This document shows positions 10,099 to 20,594 of a DNA stretch of 64,000 nt, one piece after another; position 1 is the stretch's first letter; each line of letters opens with the position of its first letter. The DNA comes from an uncultured bacterium (GTDB taxonomy: Bacteria; Zhuqueibacterota; QNDG01; DTFT01). Both the position numbers and the translations under genes were made by a program. Location: positions 160,001 to 224,000 of the forward strand of contig CAVTNR010000014.1 in assembly GCA_963736115.1 (NCBI GenBank), written 5' to 3'. A model generated the notes under the pieces. That model worked only from the letters and a program-made list of their open reading frames with translations, ran no database searches and had not been told where the DNA came from.

Positions 10099-11366
10099 AT
10101 GTTCTGGTGGTCGGCGGGGGCGGGCGGGAGCACGCGCTGATCTGGAAAATTTCCAGGAGCCCCTACACCGAAAAAATATTCTGCGCGCCCGGCAACGCGG
10201 GCATCGCGGAGCTGGCGGAATGCGTGGACATTCCGGTCACGGACGTCAAGGGGCTGGTTCAGTTCGCGGAAAGGAACCGCATCGATCTGACCGTGGTCGG
10301 CCCGGAACTCCCCCTGAGTCTCGGGCTCGTCGACGCGCTGACCAAACGCGGTTTGACCGCGTTCGGCCCGACGAAGAAGGCGGCGCAGGTGGAAGGGAGC
10401 AAAGCCTACGCGAAGTCCCTGATGGTCCGTTTCGGAATTCCCACGGCCGCATACAAGGAGTTCACGAAACCGGATCCGGCATCCGACTACCTCATGAAAG
10501 CGGCTTATCCCTGCGTGATCAAGGCGGACGGCCTGGCCGAAGGCAAGGGCGTCCTGATCTGCGCGACCCGGGAGGAGGCGTTGGACGGACTGGACCGGAT
10601 CATGCGGCGCAGGGATTTCGGAGATGCGGGCAAAAAGCTGATCGTCGAGGAGATGCTCACGGGCGAGGAAGCCTCGGTTCTGGCCCTGACGGACGGGGAG
10701 AAAATCGTCCTGCTGCCGTCGGCCCAGGATCACAAGGCCGTTTTCGAGGGCGACCGGGGCCCGAATACAGGCGGCATGGGCGCGTATTCGCCCGCTCCGG
10801 TCATGACGCCTCAACTTCTGAAGACGGTCCGCGAGGCCGTGTTTGTCCCCATGATCGCGGGCATGCGGAGCATGGGCATTCCGTACCGCGGCGTCCTGTA
10901 CGCGGGCCTGATGATCGCGCCGTCCGGTCCCAAGGTTCTCGAATTCAACTGCCGTTTCGGAGATCCTGAGACCCAGGCCATACTGCCGCTGGTGAAGACC
11001 GATCTTGTGGATCTCATGATCGAATGCGCTGAAGGAAGACTCAAGAATGAAAGCGTGGAACTCGAGGAGGGTTCGTCCGTATGCGTGGTGATGGCGTCCG
11101 GCGGATACCCCGGCTCCTATGAAAAGGGGAAGGTGATACAGGGACTGGCTTCGATTCCCGCCGGCGTCCGCGTGTTCCACGCCGGGACGAAGATGAAGGA
11201 CGGGAACGTCGTCACCTCCGGCGGCCGCGTGCTCGGCGTGACTGCCGCGGCCGAATCCATCGGACGCGCGATCGAGAAAGCCTACCAGGCGGTGGGAAAG
11301 ATCACGTTCGACGGCGCCTATTATCGGAGGGATATCGGCTACCGGGCCCTGAAGCGGAAGCATTAG
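10095..11366 (+). CDS. purD: phosphoribosylamine--glycine ligase
   Basis: [59 protein letters not shown]. Confidence 0.99.
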   Translation: MNVLVVGGGGREHALIWKISRSPYTEKIFCAPGNAGIAELAECVDIPVTDVKGLVQFAERNRIDLTVVGPELPLSLGLVDALTKRGLTAFGPTKKAAQVEGSKAYAKSLMVRFGIPTAAYKEFTKPDPASDYLMKAAYPCVIKADGLAEGKGVLICATREEALDGLDRIMRRRDFGDAGKKLIVEEMLTGEEASVLALTDGEKIVLLPSAQDHKAVFEGDRGPNTGGMGAYSPAPVMTPQLLKTVREAVFVPMIAGMRSMGIPYRGVLYAGLMIAPSGPKVLEFNCRFGDPETQAILPLVKTDLVDLMIECAEGRLKNESVELEEGSSVCVVMASGGYPGSYEKGKVIQGLASIPAGVRVFHAGTKMKDGNVVTSGGRVLGVTAAAESIGRAIEKAYQAVGKITFDGAYYRRDIGYRALKRKH

Positions 11367-11411
11367 GAGGCGCCGTCCTCTCCGGTCGGGGTTCTCGCCT
11401 GTGTCGGGCGG

Positions 11412-12158
11412 TCAGTCCCTGCGGATCAGGAGGCATTCACAGCCGAAGGTCCAGAATTCCCTCATCACCGGCAAATTCCAAGCCCGCCGGGCGGGGATTC
11501 CAAAACGAAGCGCGTAAACCGGGCGGAAGAGGAAAAGCTCTCGGACCACTTGATGGAATCCGGCGATGCGGGCCAGCCTGTCGAATGCGCGTATGGAAAG
11601 TCCGTTTCTGAAATTCAGTGCCGCGTTTTGCGTGATATGCGGATATTCGCCCAGCATACGGCCGAGGCTGCGTATCCAGGATCCGGGCAGCAGGTGCAGC
11701 CAGGGCCAGAAACGCAGCAGACTTCGACCGTTCTGGTGGTGTCCGCCGAAGGGCGAAAACCTTGGCGGAAAAGAGATGTAGAGATAACCTCCCGGTTCAA
11801 TGAGTGCACACAGGTTCCGGAATGCGGCTTCCCTGTCCGGCACGTGCTCGATTACGTCCCGCAGAACAACCACGCCGAAAGGCGCGCCGAAACGCCGGAC
11901 GACCGAGGAGTCGGTGATGTCGCCGACGGTCAGGTCCAGACCCGGATGCAAAGTGCGGGACAGATCCACGCGTGAGGACTCCATTTCCAGCCCCGCGGGC
12001 CGCATTCCGAGACCGGTCAGCGCGGCGAGGAATCCCGCTTCCGCGCACCCGACTTCCAGGACGCGGCGGCCGCGGAAACCGGGTACGTGGCTGTCCAGAT
12101 ACGGAATCAGATAAGCTTCCGCGTGCTTTTTCTGTTCGATGAAATGTTTTTCGGACAT
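11412..12158 (-). CDS. class I SAM-dependent methyltransferase
   Basis: VLEVGCAEAG motif I; DVIEHV; PGG.LYISFPP. Confidence 0.88.
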   Translation of the reverse strand: MSEKHFIEQKKHAEAYLIPYLDSHVPGFRGRRVLEVGCAEAGFLAALTGLGMRPAGLEMESSRVDLSRTLHPGLDLTVGDITDSSVVRRFGAPFGVVVLRDVIEHVPDREAAFRNLCALIEPGGYLYISFPPRFSPFGGHHQNGRSLLRFWPWLHLLPGSWIRSLGRMLGEYPHITQNAALNFRNGLSIRAFDRLARIAGFHQVVRELFLFRPVYALRFGIPARRAWNLPVMREFWTFGCECLLIRRD

Positions 12159-12260
12159 ATTTCAATGTTAGCCAATCGAATCCGTAAATTCAAGTAAAAA
12201 CCGAGCCGGTGACCGGGTGACGCCCGATGGCCGGGCGACCGGACCGGGGGAGAAACCGCC

Positions 12261-13472
12261 ATGCACAGTCGGACAGGGGAAAGCACCAGTGAAAAAGCAA
12301 CGGGACAGGACCGCCGCACATTTCTGAAAGCCGCTGGGCTCGCGGGCGCGGCGCTTGTACTCGGCCGGCCGGAATCCTGGGCGCGGCAGGCAGGGCCGGA
12401 ACGTATCGCCACCAATGTCTCGGACGGCCTGAAAATCCCGAGAACCCGATTTTCCCTGCCCGGTCTTTTCCCCGGATGCGTGGTCGAGGCCCGCGCCGAG
12501 AAAATGACTGCCGGCGGCCGGTCCGACGCGGAACAGGTCAAGCTCCTGTTCGAGAAGGGACTGGCTGGCCTCACCGGGCGTTCCGCGGACGAGAGCTTCG
12601 GCCTTTTCTTCACGCCGGAGGATGTTGTCGGCATCAAGGTGAATCCGGTTGGCGCCGGCCTGATCAGCACGTGTCCGGAAACCGTGGAAGCGGTGATCGC
12701 CTGGCTGGTCCGGAACGGTCTGCCGAAGCGGAACATCGTCATCTGGGACCGTTTCGACTATATGCTCGCGGACGCGGGATTCACACCGGACCGTTTCCCC
12801 GGCATCGCGATCGAGGGGCTTCAGACCATGGACGAGGCCGCGGCAGAGGGGAAGAAGGCGGACAACTCCGGATGGCTGCGGCAGGACGGAACGCATGTGA
12901 GCGCCGACCGGTTCGACTCGGGTCGTTTCTACTGGGCCGACGTTGAGGCTGACAAAGACGAAGCCACACTCAACCAGCATGTGTTCACCGGAAAGCATTC
13001 CTATTTCGGAAAACTCGTCACCTCACGGCTCACGAAAATCATCAATGTCCCCGTTTTCAAGAACTGCGGCAACGGCATTTCCATGGCGGCCAAGAACCTG
13101 GCGTACGGATCGATCTGTAACACGGGGCGCCTGCACAAGCCCCTGTTTTTCGACGTGTGCGTCGAAGTGCTCGCTTTTCCCGAGATCCGTGACAAGCTGG
13201 TGCTGAACGTGACGGACGGCCTCAACGGCCAGTACGATGGCGGGCCCTCGGCCGCGGCCCAGTTCATTTGGCCCTTCAACACCCTTTTTCTCGGAACCGA
13301 CCCCTTCGTCATGGATTCCGTCTGTCACGGCATCATGGTCGCGAAGCGGAAGACCATGGGCGTGACGGTGAATGAACATCCCCGGTTCACGGATTACTTC
13401 CGTTACGCTGAACGACTCGGTCTCGGCGTCACCGATCCCGGCCTGCGGAAGCACGTCAAGCTGGAGGTGTGA
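12261..13472 (+). CDS. Tat-exported DUF362 domain protein
   Basis: Twin-arginine signal DRRTFLKAAGLAGAALV; DVVGIKVN, KIINVPVFK..G.GIS...KN, DGL.GQYDGGP and GTDP...D motifs. Confidence 0.85.
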   Translation: MHSRTGESTSEKATGQDRRTFLKAAGLAGAALVLGRPESWARQAGPERIATNVSDGLKIPRTRFSLPGLFPGCVVEARAEKMTAGGRSDAEQVKLLFEKGLAGLTGRSADESFGLFFTPEDVVGIKVNPVGAGLISTCPETVEAVIAWLVRNGLPKRNIVIWDRFDYMLADAGFTPDRFPGIAIEGLQTMDEAAAEGKKADNSGWLRQDGTHVSADRFDSGRFYWADVEADKDEATLNQHVFTGKHSYFGKLVTSRLTKIINVPVFKNCGNGISMAAKNLAYGSICNTGRLHKPLFFDVCVEVLAFPEIRDKLVLNVTDGLNGQYDGGPSAAAQFIWPFNTLFLGTDPFVMDSVCHGIMVAKRKTMGVTVNEHPRFTDYFRYAERLGLGVTDPGLRKHVKLEV

Positions 13473-14452
13473 GCGTGGGCCGTCGATCCGCCGGATCTGT
13501 CATGCGGAGGCCGCTTCTCCGGGCATTCGTTCAGTCCGCAGTCTGCATGGCGATCGCCGGGAACGTGTCCGGGTCGACCGGACCCGGAGTCATGATCCCT
13601 CCCGGCGGTTTTGTGAAGGGCTGGAAAAAGGACGGGCCGGTCAGGCGGTTTATCCCGTCCGATCTGACCTGGCACATCAATGGCGGCGCCGAGCTGGTGC
13701 TCGAATTCGGATTTGAGGAACTTTTCGTTCAGCATTACAGCCGGCGAGACGCCGACCTGTCGCTCGAACTGTACCGAATGCAGAGCCCGGAAGCGTCGCT
13801 CGGACTCTATCTGTCCCGGGGCGGCGCGTTGCCGGATTCCGGTTCAGGGACTTCGGGAAAGGATGCGTCGGACCCGGAGTGGATCACGGCCAATCCGTCG
13901 CAATGGCTGGCCCGCAGCGGCCCGTATTTTTTGACAGTCGAAAATCCGGAAGGCGACCGGATGCTCGAGCCCGTGATGGAAACGTTGATCGGGGAATTGC
14001 TGAGCAGACTGCCCTCCGGAGAACCGCTGCCGATCCTCGGACAAGTGGCGCGGCAGGAATGGATCCCCGGCTCCGTGCGCCTGTTCCGCGGTCCCGTGGC
14101 GCTGGAGGCGGCCTACACATTCGGAACGGGCGACGTGTTCGGCCTCCACGGCGGTTTCGGTGTGTACGGCGGATGGAGGGATCCGGACGGCACGGTCGTC
14201 ACGCGGTTTCACATCTCCTTTCCGGACCAGGCGCGGGCGGCCGCGGCCCTGGATTCGCTCCCGGCGCGGCTGGATGCTTCGATCCGGCTTCTCGGCGACT
14301 TCAAGGGCGGATTTATTTTTACGGATTATTCCGGCGAATACGGGGATGCGCGGCTGGAAGGTTCGGCACTGATTGTCCGGGTTCATCTGAAGGAAAAACC
14401 GGTCCCGATGCGAAGACCGGATCATCCGAAGGCGGAGAAGGAGGACCCATGA
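13469..14452 (+). CDS. exported hypothetical protein (DUF6599-like)
   Basis: Overlaps both neighbours; LTWHINGGAELVLEFGFEEL...LELYRM.SPEASLGLY is the motif seen in DUF6599-type proteins. Confidence 0.65.
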   Translation: MSVGRRSAGSVMRRPLLRAFVQSAVCMAIAGNVSGSTGPGVMIPPGGFVKGWKKDGPVRRFIPSDLTWHINGGAELVLEFGFEELFVQHYSRRDADLSLELYRMQSPEASLGLYLSRGGALPDSGSGTSGKDASDPEWITANPSQWLARSGPYFLTVENPEGDRMLEPVMETLIGELLSRLPSGEPLPILGQVARQEWIPGSVRLFRGPVALEAAYTFGTGDVFGLHGGFGVYGGWRDPDGTVVTRFHISFPDQARAAAALDSLPARLDASIRLLGDFKGGFIFTDYSGEYGDARLEGSALIVRVHLKEKPVPMRRPDHPKAEKEDP

Positions 14453-15402
14453 TGCGCAGGGATTTCATCAAGTCGGCATTCGCGGGCGGCGCGGGACTGA
14501 CGTTTCTTTCCTGCCTTCGCGGCCGCAGGCGCTCCGTTCTTTCCAGGCGGGAATTGGGGAAAACCGGAGAACGGCTTTCGGTCGTGGGATTCGGCGGCGT
14601 TCTGGTCATGAACGAGGAACCGGCCGTTGCCCAGCGTCTGGTGGCCGAGGCTGTGGATCTCGGAGTGAATTACTTCGATGTCGCTCCTTCTTACGGCAAT
14701 GCCCAGGGAAGGCTCGGGCCCGCGCTCCAGCCTTATCGGAAAAACTGCTTTCTCGCCTGCAAGACGACGGAAAGGAGCCGGGAGGGATCGCGGAAGGATC
14801 TTGAGGAATCCCTGCGCCTGATGCGGACGGACCGCTTCGACCTGTACCAGCTCCATGCCATGACCACGGACGAGGATGTGGAAAAAGCGTTCGGTCCCGA
14901 AGGCGCCATGGAGACGCTGATCCGGGCCAGGGAAGAGGGGCTGGTACGACATCTCGGTTTTTCCGCGCACTCCGAAAAAGCCGCGCTGGACTGCATCCAC
15001 CGCTTTGATTTCGACTCAGTTCTTTTTCCGGTCAACTGCGTCTGCTGGTTGAACGGGAATTTCGGACCGGCCGTGGCCGAGGCCGCGGCAGCAAAGGGCA
15101 TGGGTCTGCTTGCGCTTAAATCGCTGGCCCTGGGTCCGGTCCAGGAAGGGGAGGAGAAACCGTTTCCAAAATGCTGGTACAGGCCCATCGAAGACGACGA
15201 CCTTTCGGACCTGGCGGTCCGGTTCACACTGTCGAAGGGCGTGACGGCCCTGCTTCCGCCGGGCGAACCCCGATTTTTCGGTCCTGCCGTCGCAAGCGCC
15301 TCAAATTTCAAGCCCTTGACCGAATCTGAAGAAGAGCGGCTGTTCCGGTCGATTGGGGGATTGACGCCGCTTTTCGCATCGGCCCACCCGACATCCAAAT
15401 GA
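14449..15402 (+). CDS. aldo/keto reductase with Tat-like signal
   Basis: Start reassigned to ATG 14449 (GGAGG SD, ATGA overlap). MMRRDFIKSAF...FLSC, RRELGKTG, GVNYFDVAPSYG, DLYQLH, LGFSAH. Confidence 0.92.
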   Translation: MMRRDFIKSAFAGGAGLTFLSCLRGRRRSVLSRRELGKTGERLSVVGFGGVLVMNEEPAVAQRLVAEAVDLGVNYFDVAPSYGNAQGRLGPALQPYRKNCFLACKTTERSREGSRKDLEESLRLMRTDRFDLYQLHAMTTDEDVEKAFGPEGAMETLIRAREEGLVRHLGFSAHSEKAALDCIHRFDFDSVLFPVNCVCWLNGNFGPAVAEAAAAKGMGLLALKSLALGPVQEGEEKPFPKCWYRPIEDDDLSDLAVRFTLSKGVTALLPPGEPRFFGPAVASASNFKPLTESEEERLFRSIGGLTPLFASAHPTSK

Positions 15403-15433
15403 ACGAACGGTCGTCACAAACCCAGGAGGGGAT

Positions 15434-15640
15434 ATGATTCTCCGGATCAAGGTTTTCACCGTGCTGGCCATTCTCAGTTTGATCGTCATTTTCATGCTGC
15501 AGAACGTTCAGCCGGTGACCATCCGGTTTCTCACGTTCGAGCAGCCGGTACCGCTCATCGGTGTGATCAGCATTCTCGCCCTGGCCGGATTCATCGCCGG
15601 GTTTCTGACGGGTTTGATGGGCGGCCGCCGGCGGAAATAA
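15434..15640 (+). CDS. LapA-family small membrane protein
   Basis: AGGAGG SD; TM-IFMLQN.QPVTIRFL-TM pattern; basic tail. Confidence 0.8.
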   Translation: MILRIKVFTVLAILSLIVIFMLQNVQPVTIRFLTFEQPVPLIGVISILALAGFIAGFLTGLMGGRRRK

Positions 15641-15749
15641 CGTTCGGGACCGTCCGGATTGCGCATCCGGTCCGTCCCCGGCCTCCGGCGCCGGATGATG
15701 TTTTCTCTGTCTCGCGGAAACGGTCCCACTGATTCCATTTTTCGTTACG

Positions 15750-15790
15750 AAAAAAAGTGCCGGGCACCTCACAGGTGCCCGGCACTTCTC
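15750..15790. terminator. intrinsic terminator between convergent genes
   Basis: Perfect stem AAGTGCCGGGCACCT/AGGTGCCCGGCACTT preceded by an A-run, giving a U-tract for the minus-strand gene. Confidence 0.8.
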
Positions 15791-15837
15791 GTTCGAGGCG
15801 TCGACTGAAATCGGTTACGGACTCCGGTCGTCCGGGT

Positions 15838-18372
15838 TCATTTCACATACGTCATTTTTCGAATGAACTGGCCGGTCTTTGATTTCATGAGCAGGAAATA
15901 TGAGCCGGTCGGGACGCCGTTTCCGCCGTCGTCTTTCGCGTCCCATTCGAATTCGTGGCGTCCCGCGCTCCGGAATCCGTTTGCCAGAACCCGCACCTGA
16001 CGGCCCGATGCGTCCAGTACCGCGATGCGAACGTCGCCCGCGGCCGGCATTTCGAAGTAGAATCGGGTGGACGGATTGAACGGATTGGGATAATTGTGGG
16101 ACAGCCATATCCGTCCGGGAAGCCGCGAGTCGCCCGGCCGTCCGTCCGCCGCAGAGGGAGTCGCGGGACCGGCGATCGTGAGGTAGCAGAACTCCCGGAC
16201 CTTGACGAATATGAAATGACCGACCGGGTCCACGCTTTGCGTCTCGAGCGCAGACCACTTGCCGTTCAGGGTGTGGTAATACCAGATCTTCAACTCCGAG
16301 GGATCCGCGATGCCTGCGCGGTCCAGGTCGTCCTGTGTGTAGGGAACGCGCACCGTGACCCAATCCTCGAATTGAAGTCCGTCCGGCCCGAAGTGCACGG
16401 CCAGGGCCAGGCCGTTCACGTCCTCCGGCAGCGGGGGCAAAGTGTCCGGCTTCTGGATCGAAATTTCGATTTCCGACCCGAGCGCGTTTTCCGGGATGTT
16501 CAGTTCGAGTCCGCTTTCCGCGTGCGACACCAGGCCGCCGGCCGTGTCCATGGGAACGGAAACCAAAGTGTCCACGTTCGCGAGACCGACTGAGAACGTG
16601 AAGGTCGAATCCAGATGATGGGCCGGGGAAGCCGCGTCGTCCGCGGCCACACGCACGGTCACCGTGCTTCCGTTCGAAAACGGCTCGTCCGGATGATAGA
16701 CGACCGTCATCTTTTTTGCGGATCGGCCGATGCTCGCGCCGGCGCTCTCTCCGTTTTCGACCACGGCCGTTCCGTTCACCCAGGCCGTGAGGGTGCCGGG
16801 ATTCACGCCCGCGCCGTTGTCCCTGACCTTGAACTGTATTTTCGTGTTCCGGGGAACGAACTGCGCGCCGTCCGCCGGATAACAATCGGTCAGGAAGGGC
16901 GGCGTCTCGTCGATGACCCGGAACCGGGCGGTCACGTCCTTGTCCTCGTCCAGTACGACTTCGGTCGCGGAAAGCGTGGAATCCTCGACGCCTCCGCTCC
17001 AGGAGACGAAGGCGAATCCCGGCTTGGCCGAGGCTTCGATTGCGACGCGTTCTCCGGTCCGGAATCGGTGTTCTCCCGCGGCTGGGACTGTGCGGCCGCC
17101 GTTTTCAGGTTCGGCCCGGAGGATCAGGGTTTTGAAATCAGAAGCGAAAAAGGCCTTCAGGGTTTTATCGCCGTTGATGAACACTTCGGTGACGGCTTTC
17201 GCCGGATCCTTCACTCCGCCCTCCCAGCGCAGGAAAACCCAGCCGGGAGCGGTGGTCGCTGAAACCGGGATCCATTCCCCTCGGCTGACCGTGTGCCCGC
17301 CGGGCGCGGGTTCCGTGCTCCCGCCTTCAGCCGGTTCCGCGATCATCCACAGTTCATGCGAGTTTCGCGAAAACTCGATCCACACGGTCTTGTCCGCGTC
17401 CATCTGTACGGTCGTCTTCGGAACCGACGGGTCCGCGACCGGCCCGTGCCATCGGTCGAAGCGGTGGTCGCCGTCAGGTTTCGCTTCCAATTCCACCACG
17501 GTCCCCGGATCAAACTGGTGAACGCCGACCGGCGGCACCGTACCGCCGCCTGCGTCGTTCTTGAGCCGGATGTCCAGCGCGTACCGGATCTTTTCGAAGA
17601 CAGCGGTGACTGTCTCGTTCTGGTTCATGGCCACGGTGGTGACTGGGTTGTAACGGTCCGCAACCGGGCAGTCCCACCGCACGAAACGGTACCCGTCGGC
17701 CGGGATGGCCCGGATCTCCGGGTTGGATCCGTTGTCCACGAGATGGCCGCCCGGGGCCGGTTCCGTGGTACCGCCCTCGACGGGATTCACGGCCAAAGTG
17801 AGCGTGACCTTGAGGGGCGCGAATTCAGCAGTGACGTTCTCGTCTCCGTGCATGGTCACCGTGGTGCTGGCGCTGTAAAAATCAGCCACCCAGCAGTGCC
17901 ACTGGACGAATTTGTATCCCGCGGCCGGTACGGCCTCGATCGGAACGACGGCCTCCTGCTTGTGCCACTGGTCGGTTTCCGGATCGGGATGCGTGGTGCC
18001 TGTGCCGGGCGGCTCGACATGCATCGTGAGCTTGTAGAAATTGAGGAACTTGGCTGTGACGGACCGGTTTTTCCACATCGGGAGGGACAGAAGGGAGTCT
18101 GTCGAAGTCGTGTCACCCTCCCATTTCCAGAAATAATAACCCACAGCGGGAGAGGGTGTCAGCTGGACGATTTCTCCGGGCGAATAGGCGGTCTTGTCCG
18201 GATTCCTGGTAATCGATCCTCCTCCGGCCGGATACACGTTTACAGTGAGGCTGTAATTCGGATCGATGATGACATTAGGGGAAGCAGGTCCCGGGCCGTC
18301 CGCGGACAAAGCAGGCAGCATTCCCGAGAGAAACGCCGCAAGGAAGAACACAGCGCGGTATCCTCTTTTCAT
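15838..18372 (-). CDS. secreted surface protein: six InlB B-repeat-like domains, Ig-like domain, ZU5-like domain, FlgD/Por-tail-like CTD
   Basis: Start reassigned to ATG 18372 (GGAGG SD; MKRGYRAVFFLAAF signal). Six ~75-aa repeats (L...P..GG...P...GY.F..W...VTA.F); GLELNIPENAL...FGPDGLQF; tail NYPNPFNP...RKMTYVK. Confidence 0.85.
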   Translation of the reverse strand: MKRGYRAVFFLAAFLSGMLPALSADGPGPASPNVIIDPNYSLTVNVYPAGGGSITRNPDKTAYSPGEIVQLTPSPAVGYYFWKWEGDTTSTDSLLSLPMWKNRSVTAKFLNFYKLTMHVEPPGTGTTHPDPETDQWHKQEAVVPIEAVPAAGYKFVQWHCWVADFYSASTTVTMHGDENVTAEFAPLKVTLTLAVNPVEGGTTEPAPGGHLVDNGSNPEIRAIPADGYRFVRWDCPVADRYNPVTTVAMNQNETVTAVFEKIRYALDIRLKNDAGGGTVPPVGVHQFDPGTVVELEAKPDGDHRFDRWHGPVADPSVPKTTVQMDADKTVWIEFSRNSHELWMIAEPAEGGSTEPAPGGHTVSRGEWIPVSATTAPGWVFLRWEGGVKDPAKAVTEVFINGDKTLKAFFASDFKTLILRAEPENGGRTVPAAGEHRFRTGERVAIEASAKPGFAFVSWSGGVEDSTLSATEVVLDEDKDVTARFRVIDETPPFLTDCYPADGAQFVPRNTKIQFKVRDNGAGVNPGTLTAWVNGTAVVENGESAGASIGRSAKKMTVVYHPDEPFSNGSTVTVRVAADDAASPAHHLDSTFTFSVGLANVDTLVSVPMDTAGGLVSHAESGLELNIPENALGSEIEISIQKPDTLPPLPEDVNGLALAVHFGPDGLQFEDWVTVRVPYTQDDLDRAGIADPSELKIWYYHTLNGKWSALETQSVDPVGHFIFVKVREFCYLTIAGPATPSAADGRPGDSRLPGRIWLSHNYPNPFNPSTRFYFEMPAAGDVRIAVLDASGRQVRVLANGFRSAGRHEFEWDAKDDGGNGVPTGSYFLLMKSKTGQFIRKMTYVK

Positions 18373-18484
18373 GGGGATTCCTCCATGAGTGGATGAGACG
18401 ATGATGGATGGAAGTGTCAGGCTGGGACGCCCCGCCAAGCGCCCATGAGAATGACGAAAGGAGAAATGTTACCGATAAAAAATA

Positions 18485-18500
18485 TGCAAAGGCTATACCA
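18485..18500 (-). promoter_or_regulatory. putative sigma54 (-24/-12) promoter
   Basis: Minus strand TGGTATAGCCTTTGCA has exact GG-N10-GC spacing, ~110 nt upstream of the 18372 start. Confidence 0.55.
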
Positions 18501-18595
18501 GAGGCAGGAGGGGACGCTAAATGAATGAAAAATATTGATTTAGTTAAGAATCGGAGCGTGTGTGAACAGAGAAAATCCGGCAGAAACGGCCCGGT

Positions 18596-19246
18596 TCATG
18601 CGTCTTTCTTTGCCGGTGTGTCTGACACTGACTGATTCCGGTTTTCAAGACTCCGCCGGACCACGCGCCAGGCGGACCGGAATACGGAATCCCTGTCTCC
18701 GGTTGCATCCAGAACGCGGATGAATGGACGTTGTATCCCCAGGAAAATGGAACGGACCCGCTCCAGTGCGGTATGGTTTTCGAAGAGATCCGGTCCGGCC
18801 GGCCTGGAGGCCGCGATGCGGCTGAGCCCGTCCTGAACCGGCGTGTCGAGTAGCAGGACGAGATCCGGGATGACCGCGATTTTTTCGTTGCGTTCCAGTA
18901 TCATTCGCGGATCGAGGCCCAGTGCGCCCTGGTAGGCGACGGAGGAGAGATAGTATCGGTCCATGACCACGCAATCCCCCCTCTCGAGCGCGGGGCGGAT
19001 ATGGTCGCGGCAGTTCTCGATCCGATCCTGAATGAACAACTCCAGTTCCTCTTCCGGCCGGACGTTCTGCCGTCCTTCCTTCGCCAGACTGCGGATGCGC
19101 TGTCCGAAAGGCCCGTCCGTCGGCTCACGCAGGAGCACCACGCTCCGGCCCGTCCTGCGGATCCGCTCCGCGAGTTTGGCCGCAAGAGTGGTCTTGCCTG
19201 TTCCGTCGATGCCCTCTATTACTAGGAGGAAGCCTTTGTTCTGCAA
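18596..19246 (-). CDS. tmk: thymidylate kinase
   Basis: IEGIDGTGKTT P-loop, REP, DRYYLSSVAYQG, PDLVLLLD. Confidence 0.96.
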   Translation of the reverse strand: MQNKGFLLVIEGIDGTGKTTLAAKLAERIRRTGRSVVLLREPTDGPFGQRIRSLAKEGRQNVRPEEELELFIQDRIENCRDHIRPALERGDCVVMDRYYLSSVAYQGALGLDPRMILERNEKIAVIPDLVLLLDTPVQDGLSRIAASRPAGPDLFENHTALERVRSIFLGIQRPFIRVLDATGDRDSVFRSAWRVVRRSLENRNQSVSDTPAKKDA

Positions 19247-19286
19247 ACTGAAAACCTTCCGGTTATGATCATTGATCCGGTATTCA

Positions 19287-19403
19287 GTTCATAGTTCATG
19301 GTTCATAGTTCATAAAAAAATTACATTCATTGTTATGGAGGGTAAAAGCCTGAAATCCATGATGCTGTTTAAAACTATGAACTATGAACTATGAACCATG
19401 AAC
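19287..19403. repeat. inverted heptamer array element 2
   Basis: (GTTCATR)4 at 19287-19314 and (YATGAAC)4 at 19376-19403; overlaps the 3' end of the peptidase gene. Confidence 0.9.
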
Positions 19404-20582
19404 CAGGTAAAGCGTCTCCTGCGGCTTGCTTAGGAACCGGCACCCCGCATCCGTCACCACCACGATTTCCTCGACTGTTGCCACACCGTGCCCGGCTACG
19501 GTCAGTCTGGGTTCGAGTGTGTATATCTGATCCTTCTCGATCGGCAGAAGGGGAAGATGCTTGTACCGGTCCCATCTGGGCGCGAGCAGGCCGCCTCCGT
19601 CATGCGCTTTGCGGCCGACCTGATGCCCCAGCGCATGCGGATACTCGGCATAGCCTGCGGCCGTGATATGGGTCCTCGCGGCTGCGTCCACCTCCCATCC
19701 GGTGATGCCCGGGCGGAGAATCTCAGCGGCCAGGCGGATGGATTCCAGAAGAACCGTGAAACCGCGACGGACCGATTCCGGCGGCGCGGTTTCTTCGGGC
19801 TTGAGAAAATACCAGGTGCGCTGGAGATCCGACACATAACCGTTGCGGCGCACGCCGAAATCAATATTCATCAGATGTCCCGGTTCAATGAAACGGAGCG
19901 TCGGCGAGGCGTGCGCGCCCGCGCTTTCGGGCCCGGTGAACACGGCCGGGCATTGATCCGGCTCCCACGCCGTTTCGAGCCCTCGGCCGGCCGTCCGGCC
20001 GAGGATGAAATCCGCTACATCCTTTTCGGAAAGACCGGGTTTCAGGAATCCCGTCAATTCATCGAAAATCGCCAGAGTTGTATCCACGGCAGACCGCACG
20101 GATTCGATTTCCTCGGGACTCTTCCTGCTGCGCAGTCGGGCCAGGACGGGTTCCGATGACTCGAACCGGTCCGGATAAGGCGTCCCCTCCAGTATCTCGA
20201 GGAGCAGGCGGTGCATGCCGAGCGTGAGTCCATCGGCCATCACATCCGCGGAGGAAGTATTCAGCAGGATGCGTTTCGGATCCATCCGCTCCAGCGCCGT
20301 GCGGAGCGGATCGCGTATGGAATCCACGTATCCCGTGACCTCGAAAGGGGCATGGTCGCGGATGTTCTGGACATCCAGGGAGCCCACGATTGCGGAGGCC
20401 CGGCCCTGTGCCGGGATGAGGAAAGCGGAGGGCCATACGCAGTTCGCGCCCAGAATCAGGTCCAGTGCCGGATCCGGAAGCGTCGCGGTTTCCCGCGCAA
20501 ACGTCAGCCAGCAGTCCGCTCCGGCTTCCCGCAGCAGGGACTGGGCCTGGAGGATCTTTTCCGAAGTCAGGGAAAGGCTCAT
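19389..20582 (-). CDS. Xaa-Pro aminopeptidase (M24 family)
   Basis: RSRKSPEEI, AH, IDFGVRRNGYVSDLQRT, HALGHQVG..AHD, TLEP, VEE. Start reassigned to 20582 because the upstream in-frame extension is repeat-derived. Confidence 0.93.
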   Translation of the reverse strand: MSLSLTSEKILQAQSLLREAGADCWLTFARETATLPDPALDLILGANCVWPSAFLIPAQGRASAIVGSLDVQNIRDHAPFEVTGYVDSIRDPLRTALERMDPKRILLNTSSADVMADGLTLGMHRLLLEILEGTPYPDRFESSEPVLARLRSRKSPEEIESVRSAVDTTLAIFDELTGFLKPGLSEKDVADFILGRTAGRGLETAWEPDQCPAVFTGPESAGAHASPTLRFIEPGHLMNIDFGVRRNGYVSDLQRTWYFLKPEETAPPESVRRGFTVLLESIRLAAEILRPGITGWEVDAAARTHITAAGYAEYPHALGHQVGRKAHDGGGLLAPRWDRYKHLPLLPIEKDQIYTLEPRLTVAGHGVATVEEIVVVTDAGCRFLSKPQETLYLVHGS

Positions 20583-20594
20583 GGGTTCTCTTGA

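Noticed and set aside
13879-14448. N-terminal 190 aa of the 507-aa ORF
   Set aside because: It is an alternate frame overlapping the DUF6599-like gene; AKR homology starts at 14449.
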